DNA of 64,000 bases from Octopus vulgaris (taxonomy: Eukaryota): NCBI GenBank assembly GCA_951406725.2, contig OX597816.1:67642001-67706000 (forward strand), written 5' to 3'. Numbering within the stretch: the first letter of the stretch is position 1; the number at the start of each line of letters is the position of its first letter. Shown one piece after another: positions 12,229 through 26,709 of this stretch. The translations under genes and the position numbers were made by a program. The notes below the pieces were generated by a model. The model had not been told where the DNA came from. It ran no database searches and was given only the letters and a program-made list of their open reading frames with translations.

Positions 12229-14421
12229 GACAACATAGATATTGACGTACTGAATAAGGACAGTTTGGTATGTCGAGCATGATGTATGTAAAGAGATGTA
12301 TAAAGCTTGCTACTTTATTGTAGTAATGTTGAAAGCGTCAAAGATATGAAACAGGATATCCGTGAACCAGTATTGATAGTGCATTGGTGAGTGAATGTTT
12401 GCCTATAAAAATAATAGAGATTAATCGAGACATGGTCAAGGATGTTCATGCGTGTGCGCGCATGTATGGCATTAGAACCGGCGTCCTATGCGCGTTAGTA
12501 GTTGTATCAGGCAGTTTTTGATTTAGTTCCAAGTCAGCTCTGATCTAGCAGACTTATAAACAAAAAGACTCCAATTATGACCATCCCGTCTTTTTGTTAT
12601 GTGCAAGGAACCCAATATCACACAATCGAAAGGTAATCTTTTATCAAATGGTATGGTGGTATTTGAAAGAATGTGACTGCTATTTCTAGATCACGTGACA
12701 ACATAGGAGCTCATTCATTGGCTCGTACGTTTGTAGTACTCGAATGTAGCTTTTACTTGCACTTTGTAGAGGGTCAACAACTGATCAGGTCCTGAAGTGC
12801 ATGGCTGAGAAGTTAAGAGGTTCTCTTCTCAATGATGACGTTTGGCGTTCGGTCCCACTGCGTACTGCCTTTTAGTAAATGTCTTCTATTTTGCTTCAGA
12901 TCGACCTAAGCTGTTTTTGTGAATGGAAACTATGTGGAAGCCCATCAGATGGACTGTAGCGGCAATTCGAAATAGCTTCACCTTGTCACCATATCAAACT
13001 GAATCTGTTCGAAAATTATGTTAGGAGCAAAAGTATCATTTTTATTGATTAGAAAGAGGAAGAAAGACAACGCTCATGACCTTTTGTAGGTCATCCGAGA
13101 CTGATGATGAGAAAAAGGAAATCACAACTAATTTTGTCAATATGATAGGAAACAACTGCATCAAGATATCGAGTCGTCTTTTGATTTGCAGCTTTGAATG
13201 CTTGCAACAGAGTGAAATCTGTCAGAAGCACACGAGAGCTTTATCACTTGCAATACATTTTAATAAATAGGCACTTCAATAATAGTAGCAGTGGTGGTAG
13301 GGCGATCATGGTCGTCATGGCGATGGGATGGTGGCTGATAATGATGATAACGAGGAAGATATTTGAAGAAGACAACCTATTAAATATACGAGTATAAATA
13401 TATTAAAAACCACCCACTCACTCAAGTGCACACATACACACATACAAACACGTATATGCGATTTAAAAGCAATTCAATGCTAATTTGTAGTCTACTGTAC
13501 ATTTTTTATTAATAACACAACATTCTGTCTTCTACAACATTTAATATTTTTGCCCTAATATGACTCAAGTCATGTGACAAAGTTTCTTTTTTATTATTTC
13601 ACCTTTACAGCACTTCATAAATCAAATACTTTCGGTAATTTTGTATGCTAGCAAGGCTATCAATCCTGAAACACTAAGCCAAAAACATTGGATGAACATA
13701 CACAATTGATTTCTTTACGTCTTCACTTACGAAAATGCCTCTTTAAATATAACAATTGCATACCAGCATACCAATAGCAATAATATGAAATCCATTAAAA
13801 AATGCAACATCGTTTTTCTCTGCCCTCCTCGAATATTTTGAGCCTTAATTAGTAGTAACTAATAAATTAATATATAGTAATTCAATAAATTGGATTATTT
13901 CTCTGCAACAGCTCGTTTTCAAACACCAATATATGAGAAACAGCCTTTCTCTATTTTTAATAAGTTAATCGCCATCATACCTTTTCAGTAGACACAGACA
14001 TTATATATATATATATATATAATATATATATATATATATGTATAGGATAAAATGTTTTCCAAAAAATTCCGTCAAAGTGGCCAGCATATTAAAATACCTT
14101 TAAAGGTGAAAATTATAAACAATTATAAACAAGGGCAAAAGAGGAAATATTTCTATGCCAATATACTGAGAATAACAGACTTTAAATCGTCAATCACCAC
14201 ATACAATATACATAAGTAATTGACGATTTAAAGTCTATTCTCAGCGTATTGGCATAGAAATCTTTTTTCTTTTGCACTTGTGTGTATATATAGGTTTCAA
14301 GTAAAATAAGCCAAATTGAAAGACAACAGTTTGCAGTCGTTGTTTTATAAGGATTGATGTATGAATGTAAAATAAAGATCATATCCCACGTTACCTGAAG
14401 AGCCATACAATTAGTTGTAAT

Positions 14422-14640
14422 AAGGCGACGAGCTGGAAGAAACGTTAGCACGCTGGGCGAGATGCATTGCAGTATTTCGTCTGTCTTTACGTTCTGAGTT
14501 AAAATTCCGCTGAGGTCGACTTTGCCTTCCATCCTTTCGGGGTCGATAAATTAAATACCAGCTGTGTACTGGGGTCGATCTAATCGACTGGCTTCCTCCC
14601 CCAAAATTTCGGGCCTTGAACCTAGAGTAGAAAAGAAAAT
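14422..14640 (+). mobile_element. SINE family B (Nin-domain-like core), monomer
   Basis: aaggcg.cgagctgg.agaaacgttagc...gagtt.aaattccgc.gaggtcgactttgcctt.catcctttcggggtcgataaattaa.taccag; the core resembles the Nin/Sauria-type domain. Confidence 0.85.
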
Positions 14641-14942
14641 TAGTAATTGTAGTAATAAAACGAAATTCTGAATGTAAATAGTTATGATCAGTAAACAAGT
14701 GTTATCTAAGCTGGCTGTGAGCAGCTGACACTTTCCACCATACCCAGCAAAATAAAGCTGAGAGTTTTCATTATATATATATATATATAATTAAATAGGC
14801 AAATGCATAGATGTATATAGATACATACTAAGGTAATTAGACAGATATAGAACTGGTTTTATTTATATATATATAATTAAATAGGCAAATGCATAGATGT
14901 ATATAGATACATACTAAGGTAATTAGACAGATATAGAGCTGG

Positions 14943-15003
<61 letters not shown>

Positions 15004-15605
15004 GGTGTTTATAATATTCTCTCCACAAATGTCTCTTCTTTCCACCTACTCAATTATACAATTACCAAATTTCCTCAATGTCAGTTTTTTTCATCATCAT
15101 CAGTACTGTTGTTTTTCATGCCGTTGTAGAATATGTGGCTGTTGTTATTAATGTTGTTGATTCTGTCCTTCGCTTTGGTATTGGCCTGCTAACCCACTTC
15201 ACCGAATTATGGTTGTCAGCAGCTCTTGAGTGGCCAACAAGTAGAGGTATTTCAAAGAAGAATCAGCGAAGCCATTGATAGCAGCCGTTGCTGCTACAGA
15301 AGCAAAAACAACAATAACTGCAGCAATTAAAGGTCTTTAAATTTTGTGAGTCTACTCCCAGTTTCCTTAGGTGGTAGCCTGATCTGTTAGAAATAGCAAC
15401 CAAATCTTCCCTCACATCAGACCCCCACTTTCCTAAACAAGGAGGAATATATTGGGTAATGTAAATCTTGATATCTCTAAGAAGGTGAGATGGTCATAGC
15501 TGGAAGGTCTTTTTATTATAAATCTTTTCAGTTAGGGATGATTTGGAGCACAACGGTAACGTTGCTGGATGTTTTATAATCTCTCTCTCTCCCCCTCTCT
15601 CGTTC

Positions 15606-15674
<69 letters not shown>

Positions 15675-15685
15675 GACTCACACAA

Positions 15686-15920
15686 GCAACAACACTAGCA
15701 ACATCACCAGCAACAACATTAGCAACAACACTAGCAACAACACTAGCAACAGCACTAGCAACAACACTAGCAACAGCATTAGCAACAGCATTAGCAACAG
15801 CATTAGCAATAACAATAGCAACACTAGCAGCAACACTAGCAATATCACTAGCAATATCACTAGCAACAACACTAACAACATCACTGGCAACAAAATTAGC
15901 AACAACAATAACAGCAACTA
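15686..15920. repeat. 12-bp minisatellite (AGCAACAACACT-like), preceded by (TATC)n at 15607-15674
   Basis: Direct reading; the source of the spurious SNNT/VASV/poly-L ORFs. Confidence 0.9.
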
Positions 15921-16037
15921 ACAACAGTAGTGGTAACACATACAACCATAGCAACAACAACAGCAGTAAGAAAGGGAACAACACATGTAGACTGTCTCAC
16001 GTTACATGCATTTGTGTGTATGTGTACATGTTTGTGT

Positions 16038-16105
<68 letters not shown>

Positions 16106-16638
16106 TTGAGTGTGCGAATATAAGTGAAAGTATATATATTTGTGAAAAGTTGTCTTTAATATACTCATGAATATGATGGGCTGAAATTAACTTGCGCGTC
16201 TAATGCATTGCAGTATAACAGAAACTGTAGAGTGTCGAACAAAATGCCTGGCAGTATCAAGCCAGGCCACTTTACGTTCTCAATTCAGATTTCACCAAGG
16301 TTAATTTTGCCTTTTATCCTTCTGCGGCAGATAAAAATCTGTCAAATTCAGGAACCAATCTCAACCACTAAACACTCTTCTGAACTTACAATGCTTCTAT
16401 TACTAAAATGTCAAAATAGCAATAATAATAATCCTTTCTACTATAAGTACAAGACCTGAAATTTTGGCGGAGGTGGAGTAGTCGATTACATCGATCCTAG
16501 TGTTTCACTGGTACTTGATTTATCGACCCCAAAAGGATGAAAGGCAGAGTCGACCTAGCCTGAATTTGAACGTAAAGACGGACGAAATGCAGCTAAGCAT
16601 TTTGCCCAGTGTGGTAACAATTCGGCCAGGTCGCTGTC

Positions 16639-16684
<46 letters not shown>

Positions 16685-17003
16685 GGAAAGTATTATCTGC
16701 CTGAAGTCCTTGTTGTTACTTGACAGTTGACTAAAGACTCCGTTACAATGTTACCTACACTGTGTTACGAAGGAATAATGATAATAATAATCTTTTCTAC
16801 TATAGGCGCAATGCCCGAAATTGTAAGGGAGGGGTCTAGCCGATTACATTGACTCCGGTGCGTCAGTGGTACTTAATTTATCGACCCCGAATGGATGGAA
16901 GGTAAAGTCAACCTCGGTGGAATTTGAACTCAGAACGTAGCGACGGGCGAAATGCCGCAAAGCATTTCGTCCAGCGTACTAACGATTCTGCCGGCTCGCC
17001 ACC

Positions 17004-17074
<71 letters not shown>

Positions 17075-17789
17075 TATTATTATTATTATTTCAAATTTTT
17101 GCCACAAGGGCAGCTTGGAGGATGGGACTGAGTCGATTACATCCGCCTCAGTACTCAACTGGTACTTATTTTATCGACCCCGAAAATATGAAAGGCAAAG
17201 TCGACATCGGCGGAATTTGAACTCGGAGCGTAAAGTTCAAATCCTATCGAGGCCAATTATTATTGTTTTTCTTCCTCTTTCCGGTTTAGTTAAAATAATT
17301 CCAAGTACCAGGCATGAGGCTTATTTACTCATTCTCCGAAAAAAAAAAAAAAAAAACCCATTTGTGACAATGTGCTTGAATTACAAGAAGTTATTAAAAT
17401 TGAAGCTTAAAATGTGAATACATAAATAATTGCCAGACGGGACACCGTCTCACTAAAAACCACAACAACAACGTGACATTGGGCCTAAGAAGACATTAGT
17501 AGGATTGAAATTTGAAATGTGAAAAAGTGCCAAAAATTTATAATAAACACACGAAAATGTCAAAAAGTGAGAACAGGAAGGAAAGAAAAGTTGAAAGTTG
17601 AAAATGGTCGAATTTATGTAATTTTGTAATTTTAAAATACATTTATCATGGAGTTTTGTTGGTAATAACTGCAGGAATGACAGTATGGTGAAAGGCAGTT
17701 AAATGGTGTTAAACGGTTACAGCATCAGCCATATTAGCAGCGCTGGAAGCAACTTGTTTGAGGGTTGGTGGGGGTGGGTGGGGGTGGGT

Positions 17790-18094
17790 GACGGGTTTCT
17801 AAACAGTTTCCGTCTACCATGATCACTCATAAGATATTGGTCGGCCCGGAGCCGCAGTAGAAGACACTTGGCCAAAGTGCCGTGCATTGGGACTGAACCC
17901 GAAATCACGTGGTTGCAATACTTCGTCATAAGCACACACACACACATACACACGCATATATTTGCTTCCCAACCACATGGTTCCGGGTTCAGTCCCATTG
18001 CGTGGCGCCTTCGATAAGTGTCTTCTACTATAGCATTGGGCCGACCAAAGCCTTGTGAGTGGATTTGGTAGACGGAAACTGAAAGAAGACTGTG

Positions 18095-18160
<66 letters not shown>

Positions 18161-18345
18161 CTTGACAACCATCGCTTGACAACCGATATTGCTATCTTTA
18201 CGTCCCCGTACTCTAGCAGTTCGGTAAAGGAGGCCGATAGAATAAGTAGTAGGTTTACAAAGAATAAATCATGGGGTCGATTAGCTCGACTAAAGGTGTG
18301 TGCTCCAGCATGGCCGCAGTCAAATGACTGAAGCAATAAAAGAAT
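17790..18345. mobile_element. SINE family A rearranged cluster (two minus-strand heads plus a + strand tail)
   Basis: Head segments at about 17800-17930 and 17960-18095, tail at 18165-18345. Further partial or diverged copies lie near 640-945, 9025-9545, 27030-27290, 39690-40460, 41019-41385, 45130-45470 and 48476-48835. Confidence 0.75.
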
Positions 18346-18467
18346 GAAAGAATATACACATACACACACACACACATATATATACATCCACAAACACAAA
18401 TACACACACGCACATATATATATGCACATATATACATATAAACATACACATACTTATATATACACAA

Positions 18468-18506
<39 letters not shown>

Positions 18507-18794
18507 CACACACACACAAATGCATACACATACACACATATACACAGATAGATAGATAGAGTACGATTTAAATTTAATTTCAGTATATATAGTGTTTAGA
18601 ATACCACGTGTATTCCTGAATATCGAAAAGAAAATTATGAGGCGGAGTCGTGTTATTCCGAGTGTCATTTGGTTGGAATCTACTGTTGTGCAGACTGCAG
18701 AGAACGCAAGTAAAAAGCGATTCAAAACAGGAGGGGTTTGTTTATATTATATATACGAAATTTGTTTTGCTTTACTTGTCCGCCTCTCTCTCGT

Positions 18795-18834
<40 letters not shown>

Positions 18835-18957
18835 CTCTCTCTCATGTATTTGAAAACAAAGATAAATAGAAATAGATTAAATATCATCCAAGAGAAATTC
18901 TTGATTTATTGAAATCATTCTCGCTTCCAGGGAAGGTATAACAATCGATTGGTGTAT

Positions 18958-18997
<40 letters not shown>

Positions 18998-20733
18998 ATA
19001 CACATACACAAGAAAAGCGTTGGAGTTTGCTTAACGTTTCTTATTTTTTATTGCTCACAAGGGGCTAAACACAAAGGGGACAAACAAGGACAGACAAAGG
19101 GATTAAGTCGATTACATCGACCCTAGTGCGTAACTGGTACTTAATTTATCGACACCGATGAAAGGCAATGTCGACCTCGGCGGAATTTGAACTCAGAACG
19201 TAACGGCAGATGAAACACCGCTAAGCATTTCGCCCGGCGTGCTAACGTTCTTGCTCGCTCGCTGCCCTCAAAAGAGAAAGTATATTGATACTCAAACTCA
19301 GTAACCTTAAAACCGACAAAACATATTTTCTTTCGCCCTAGCTCTTCGTCGGATTCCTTGCTATCACGCATAGAATGAGTGGGATTCTTTTTTTTTTATC
19401 AATGTCTTTTCTTAGCTTTATTATAACATGTGAGAAACAGACAAAAAACTAGCTTTATTTGCTCTAGATGTGCTTAATTCACTGTACCTGCATATATCAG
19501 TTTCGGTCTTTGAAATTTCATCAGAATGTATTTTATTTGTAGTAGAAAATTTACCGAAAATTTATTAGAAATACATATCAACTTTCACAAAAGTTATCCT
19601 GTGATTGGACACGAAGAAATTTCCTCGATTGCTAAAATACTAACGCTCCAAGAAAAAAGAAAACACATTCCTTGGATTTCTTCTAAACTGCAATTAGTTT
19701 CTATATATATAAAATGATTTACGTCACAGAATGTTTAATTTACAAATCTCAGCCTCTATCATGCTGACGATTTCTAAAAAGAAAGAAATAGTGCTATGCA
19801 AGTTTACTACTGACTGGTCATTTTAAGAACTTCGTAATAAGTAAAGAAAAATAAAATTAAATATGTGAAATTTATGCGTCTTTTTCCTTATAATTCCTTA
19901 ATTTCAAACACGAATTTCTAATCTCACCATATATAAGAAATGATTATCTTCTTTATAATAACTGTCCACTAAAGGACAATACATATAAACCTACATGCTT
20001 GTATCAATAAGATCTAAATGAAAGTAACCCAGAACAATGAGTAACAATGGGCACTGAGTCCTTACCTGAATAAAATTTCATGCCTAAAAAATACTTTCAT
20101 AAATAAATAACTTGTGAGGAATGGGGCGTAAAAACACTTTTCAACCACCTGCTCTAACTGACAAAGACGAGCTCAACATTAAAAAAAGCTAAAATATCAC
20201 CGTAGGAAATGATGATCTATCAGCCGGAAGAATCCCCTCAAAATGAGTTGTCAATTTGTAATTACTTTTACATGTGTCTTTAAATAAGAAATATAAATAT
20301 ATATCTTCCTACGATGCCATCTTCAAAAGTTCACTTAATGATGCTGTTGAGAAATGAATATTGAAATCTATACTAATGATGTTTAATGGCCTACTTTTAG
20401 CCATTCACTTATTTGTTTCACTTAAGGGAGCCAGATTTATTTTTTGGTTATTTCAATTCTGCATTTACTATATCCCTAAAACGAAAGGTGGCTGCCTTTG
20501 GGTAAAGCGTATTCAATAAGTATTTTATAATATTCTTGGTAAATTGTATTCATCTTTGTACTGAACCCATCTGACTTACGCAAGTGACTTATTTTAACGA
20601 AAAATATGACTCGATTTCAATGACAGTACACAACTATAAATAGAATTACATACAACTGAATTACGCACAAGCACAGATAAAAATGTGTGCGTATGTCTGT
20701 GGAATTACGCATAAGTACGTGCGTGTCTATTTA

Positions 20734-20768
<35 letters not shown>

Positions 20769-20769
<1 letters not shown>

Positions 20770-21100
20770 GGCGCATGGCTCAGTGGTTAGAGCATCGAGC
20801 TTACGATCATGAGATTGTGAGTTCGAATCCCGGACAGGGCTGCGTGTTGTGTTCTTGAACAAGACACTTTATTTCACGTTGCTCCAGTTCACTCAGCTGT
20901 AGAAATGATTTGCGACGTCACTGGTGCCAAGCTGTATCGGCCTTTGCCTTTCCCTTGGATAACACTGGTGGCGAGGAGAGGGGAGGCCAGTATGCATGGG
21001 CGACTGCTAGTCTTCCATAAACAACCTTGCCCGGACTTGTGCCTGAGAGGGTAACTTTTTAGGTGCAATCCCGTGGTCATTCATGACCGAAAGGGGTCTC
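20769..21100 (+). mobile_element. SINE family D (tRNA-derived)
   Basis: ggcgcatggctcagtggttagagc...gagttcgaatccc A/B boxes, then the gtgttcttgaacaagacactt core; second copy at about 10309-10565. Confidence 0.85.
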
Positions 21101-21425
21101 TCAGCATATACACGTGTGTGTGACTAAGTGTCATTTATTTGTTTTAGTGCTATGTTATTAGTGAAAATTTGTTTATTGAAACGATATTGTGATGTTGTTG
21201 TTGAGATAAGTATGATTTGATAACTATTCTCTGTTGTTTATCTATCATTCAATGGATAATCTTCCTGTCTGGTAATATATCTTTTCTTATCTGATGCTGT
21301 TGTGTATAAAGTGTGAAGTAGGCTTGTAGCGTAGGAAGTGTGGAGTGGAAGTGCGTGATTCCTCCTCAATATTTTAGTGGATATGACAGCGAGTGCACGG
21401 AGACTTACAGATATACACACCACAT

Positions 21426-21502
<77 letters not shown>

Positions 21503-23336
21503 CACAGCATATTTCAAACCAGGATGTTCATCAAATCAGTGCTTGTTATATTTCAGAATAACCACCGTGTCTGAAGGATCGTTGCAATAAGTGTGTGAAT
21601 CTGAGTGGGGAATAAGTTGAATAAAATCATAATTAACTGCTCCTGCTGTATTTTCTTTTACCCAAAGCCAGGAATTTTTCAGCACTCTCTCGTATATATT
21701 TATAAATTATGGTTAGACATTTGGGCGCATATACACATATTTATAAATTGTACGTACTGACTGAAAGATCGCCCTCCAGACGGTTTTCAGTTAGGCCCTA
21801 AAACATATTTACACATTTTATTCCCAATCTGAGTAATTTTTCTGATACGTTACGCCTAATTTTCTTTTGTATCCTTTATTCTCAAATAGTATTCACTCGC
21901 TGAATAAATAAATTTAGAATAGAAAACACGCAAAAACAGAGTTAGAATATATTAAGAATTTAGGCATTCTGTTGGCTTAACTTAAGCATGTAAAAGTCTT
22001 AATTTTACTGAGTATATACATATCAGAAGATTTTGTAACTTTGCAGGTCAATGAACTGGAATGCACACCTGGTATGTGCTGAAAATAAGCCATATCATAA
22101 AACTTAATATAGCTTCGAACACTTGCTATTGTATAACTTCCTCTGCATTATTTATCATCGAGATATAATTATATATTTGTACATTTTTGTATCAATAAAC
22201 TTTAAAAACAGGCAACTGAATGAGAGAGAGAAAGAGGGAGACAGAGAGAGACAGAGACACATTTTGGCATAACCGAATGAAACTTGATATATAAAATTTC
22301 ATGTAGTTTTGATATGATTTTTTCACACATCATCCTAATATGCGCCTGGACTCATCATCAGCGATGTTTCCTGTGGGCTAATAGATGTTTTGGGTCTTTC
22401 AATATCAGACACCCTCAGCCAGGTGACCCAACCAGGATTGCGACAGCTTGTGTCCAGTTAGCATTACTCTCAGTAGCACTACCTATTCCAGGGCTCATAA
22501 TTGTTTTTTTTACCAATGTAGACCAAATTGATAAAATCGTTGCAAAAAAGTGGATGAGGATAAGAGAGATGAGGTCTTAAAGATATTAAAAGAAACTATA
22601 TAGAAAAACTAATAAAAACAGAGGCGGTAAACAAAAATGAGATAGAAAGGGCGTTGCTAGGAGACAATAGAAGAAAAGGAATACAAATACAAATCGTTAA
22701 AAAAAAAAGCTGATCAGAAAAAAATTGTTTTCTGATTAGAGTATTGAAACCTTCAATAACAAAGGAAACTTGAAAGTCACATTTTCTTACAAAAACATTC
22801 AAATTGGAAGAATTTTGTAGACAGTGAGGACTTTAACTGCTTTCTTTTAATAAAACTTACATGATGGTTTTAAGTTTTAGCTGGGACGGTCTTTCTATTA
22901 AATGAGCGGTTCAGGTTTTGATTTGAACATGGCTGATCGCCTAAGAGTGTGAGGACCAGCATTTGCGTAAAGGCTATATACTGTGCAACACTCACTGCAA
23001 GGTACTACCTCTACACAACTTTTGAGCCCCCAAATTCCATAATTCCAAGCAACTTTCTTCATTGTATCATAGATACGTACATCTGCAAATGTTTTGCTCA
23101 ACTGCATCTATAAACATCTATATATTTGTATTGACTTATTGTACAAACAGGGATTCGTTAGAAACAACTCAAAGATATTACTGTAAATACCAACGATTTT
23201 CATTATAACAGCTATTTCAACATTTACTACTAAACTGACAAATAACATGGTAAATTCTATTTTTTTCTTTATTCCGCCTACCATCCTACAATTTGGTTTA
23301 CTACAATATATATATTTATATAGATAGATAGTTTTA

Positions 23337-23375
<39 letters not shown>

Positions 23376-23378
<3 letters not shown>

Positions 23379-23684
23379 CGTGATCACCGTGGCCGACCAG
23401 GCTATCAGATGTTGCTACACATTGCTGGTCACAATGCGCTTCGTATTGTTTTAGCCTTCAAATGACGCCACCCCGCTGGCTAAGCGAGCAAGTCAAGAGA
23501 AGAAAGAGTGAGAGAAAGTTGTAGCGAAAGAGTACAGCAGGGATTGCCACCACCCTCTGCCGAGTCTCGTGGAGCTTTAGGTGTTTTCGCTCAACAAACA
23601 CTCACAACGCCCGGTCTGGGAATCGAAACCGCGATCCTACGACCGCGAGTCCGCTGTCCTAACCACAGGGCCATTGTGCCTCCA
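23376..23684 (-). mobile_element. SINE family C head/body with a different 3' tail
   Basis: Head and body match 63227-63410; tail 23376-23495 is unrelated. Confidence 0.8.
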
Positions 23685-24586
23685 CACACACACATATATA
23701 CATATATGTATCTACACACGCGCGCGCGCGCGTAAAACATGCTTGTTTACAAAGGTTTATCAGAGATATATCTAACTTGACTAATCTGAGAACTTCGATG
23801 AAAGCTATGAATTTGTTTTATTTTTCTCTTGAGATTCGGCTGTCTATAGAATGTAAATCTCTTCGTCTTGTTTTTCGTCTGGTAACTCTGTTAGTCATTC
23901 ATTTCTGTAATCGAAATTTTATGTCAGATCGTTCCGACCATGTTCTTCCAACTCTTTGACATCGTTGTTCAACCCTTGATCAACGTCGTTGAGCGAATCA
24001 ATGATCACAGATTACAAGCATTGATCTTTCTCGTTTGAATGAGATTTATTTATTGTTTGTTGCAGCTTGCGAGATCATGCTGACTCAAATCAATTTTTGT
24101 GCACTTGTAAGAATGGTGACGAAATCTCCCTCAAATGCTATGGCATATCTAGAGTGTTACTCGAGGTAGTTCTTGGGTTTGTTGCCCCCCCTACCCCACT
24201 CTACCTCTATACAAGGTTTACACAGCAAATGCAAAAATGCTGATCCCATAAAAATGGTGCTAATAGCTACACTATTGCTCAAATGTCACTTTTGACATTT
24301 AAAAGCTTACGAAATTGACGACTATACTGGACGTCTCAGTACCCAATATATTAAGCATGTCTGTTTCCTTAACAGCATGTCAACTTTGGAGAATTCTGGA
24401 ATCTTGAGATTCTCTCTACTTCTCAAGTGAAATTGATCTTAATTGCTATTTGGTAATCTTAATACATGCTTTAGAGACGGAGAACATTTTAATACATCAA
24501 GAATTGATGTAAGGCGACTGACACAACTGTTGTTCAACATACATGCCACTGGCCACTGGGTTATTCATCTTGGCTAATTTTTATTG

Positions 24587-24741
24587 GGGTGGTTGTGTGG
24601 TAAGTAGCTTGCTTACTAACCACATGGTTCATAGCTCAGTCCCACTGCGTGGCACCTTGGGTAAGTGTCTTTTACTATAGACTTGGGCTGACCAAAGCCT
24701 TGTGAGTGCATTTGGTTGACAGAAACTGAAAAAAAGCCCGT

Positions 24742-24795
<54 letters not shown>

Positions 24796-25010
24796 TGTGT
24801 GTGTATATGTTCCTGTGTCTGTGTTTGTCTCCAACACGCTTGACGACCGATGCTAGTGTGTTTATGACCCCGTAACTTAGCGGTTCGGCAAAAGAGACCG
24901 ATAGAATAAGCACTAAGCTTACAAAGAATAAGTCCTGTGGTCGATTTGCTCGACCAAAAAGCAGTGCTCCAGCATGGCCGCAGTCAGATAACTGAAACAA
25001 GTAAAATAGT
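24587..25010 (+). mobile_element. SINE family A copy
   Basis: Same head/(TA)n spacer/tail arrangement as 3145-3558. Confidence 0.9.
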
Positions 25011-25767
25011 AAAGAGAGTATATCAGTAATCGATACTTACAAAAAAGAAAAGAAAACGAAAACTGATGATTAGTTAATGAGGCGTTTGAAATAGGGCCTA
25101 CATTTCACACATGACCAGAGCGTATTTCACTCTTTTATCATTTGAAATGAGGGCTAAACTTCACATCTCTTAACATTGCATGAACCTGCTATATTACAGT
25201 GGTTAATTATTTGTGATGCTGAGCCGCTGTGATGTTCATGCTGTACTCTCCTCTCTACTTTCTTTGTTTCTGTCCCTTTAGCTGTTTCCCTTTACAATTT
25301 GCTACGTCTCTATATGTCTAATTTGTTTCTGTATATCGGTTAGTACATGGCAAAGATTCATCGTCAAGGAGGGAGATTCACTAGGACATACGGAAGTCTT
25401 TTAGATGAAGGGAACTTTAAATTTAGTTAAGATGTCATATAAGCAGCCTGTAGTGTCAAAACTGTGTTGACTTGAAGGATGGGTCCCATGTGTGTTTTGT
25501 TTGTAATCATTTAAGTTTTCAGGTTTTCATTGCGTAATTGCTTTTCTGCTTCGCCCAAAGTTAATGTTACATGTGCACACACAAACACAGACAAGTACAC
25601 ATTGGCATATATATATATATATATATATATACACTCACACACACACACACACATCTATATCTTATACATACACATATCATACGCACATATATCCAGTATT
25701 TTCTTCGTCAAGAATACTTTAAAATGAGAACCAGTTTAATAAAAAGTCTTATACACTCAAACTTTCG

Positions 25768-25798
<31 letters not shown>

Positions 25799-26124
25799 GT
25801 GTTTGTATATCTGAGAGCGTTTGTGCGGATGTGCACCTGTGTGTGTGTGCGTGTGTGTGTATATAATACACACTCGCACACACACGCACGCACGTGTTTG
25901 TTTATGTGCATTTCTGTATATTCAAATATATGTGCATTGATGACAGTTTCATGTGTTGCATAGGCATATATTTACATGTGCTCTTTCTTCTATATTTGTG
26001 AGTGTGTGGGGTGGTGGTGGTGGTGGCGGTCTGTGAATGTTTGTGCGTATTTTTATCTCTGCGTATAGCCGATATGTCTATCCAGTCAATTATGTATACA
26101 TGCATGTGTATCACGTGGTGTTAT

Positions 26125-26162
<38 letters not shown>

Positions 26163-26367
26163 ACACACACACACACAGACTACATACCACACATACACAT
26201 AGTCATACTGGGAACAGTCCATTGTCAAATCCAGACCGTTTAAACTGAATAAGGAATGGTATGTTCGTGGGACATTACATAATTTTTAATGTCGCAAAAC
26301 TTAACTGACAGTAGCGAACACTTTTCTGCGAACCCAATAAGGTTCGAAGGTTGTTCAGTAATTTTTT

Positions 26368-26677
26368 AGGCGCAGGAGTGGCTGTGTGGTAAGTAATTTG
26401 TTTACTAACCACATGGTTCCAGGCAAGTGTCTTCTAATATAGCCTCGGGCCGACCAAAGCCTTCTGAGTGGATTTGGTAGACGGAAACTGAAAGAAGTCT
26501 GTCGTGTACATATATATATAACGGGAAAGTTTACGAAAATAAACAAAAGACGAAGGCAGGTGGTGTACAAACAAACAGATGTATTAGTATAGCGCTCAGG
26601 AATAGAAAAGTTCTTTTACGTTTCGGGCCTACGCTCTTCCACAGAAAGATACACAGAAAAAAACAAGGAGAGAAAAA

Positions 26678-26709
<32 letters not shown>

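Noticed and set aside
15667-15984. Hydrophobic or antifreeze-like repeat ORFs
   Set aside because: 12-bp minisatellite that is open in several frames on both strands; no splice or codon evidence.
19495-19530. CTGATGA...GAAAC spacing on the minus strand (similar cases at about 5470, 13100, 28530, 31520, 46510)
   Set aside because: No credible stem II, stem I or UH triplet; expected by chance.
20769-20845. tRNA-like sequences (also 63227-63300)
   Set aside because: They continue into SINE bodies and lack a proper acceptor stem and terminator, so they are SINE heads, not tRNA genes.
22898-23107. 69-aa minus-strand ORF (MQLSKTFADVRIYD...) after a possible acceptor
   Set aside because: No recognisable family motif and no partner exons; cannot be supported without a database search.
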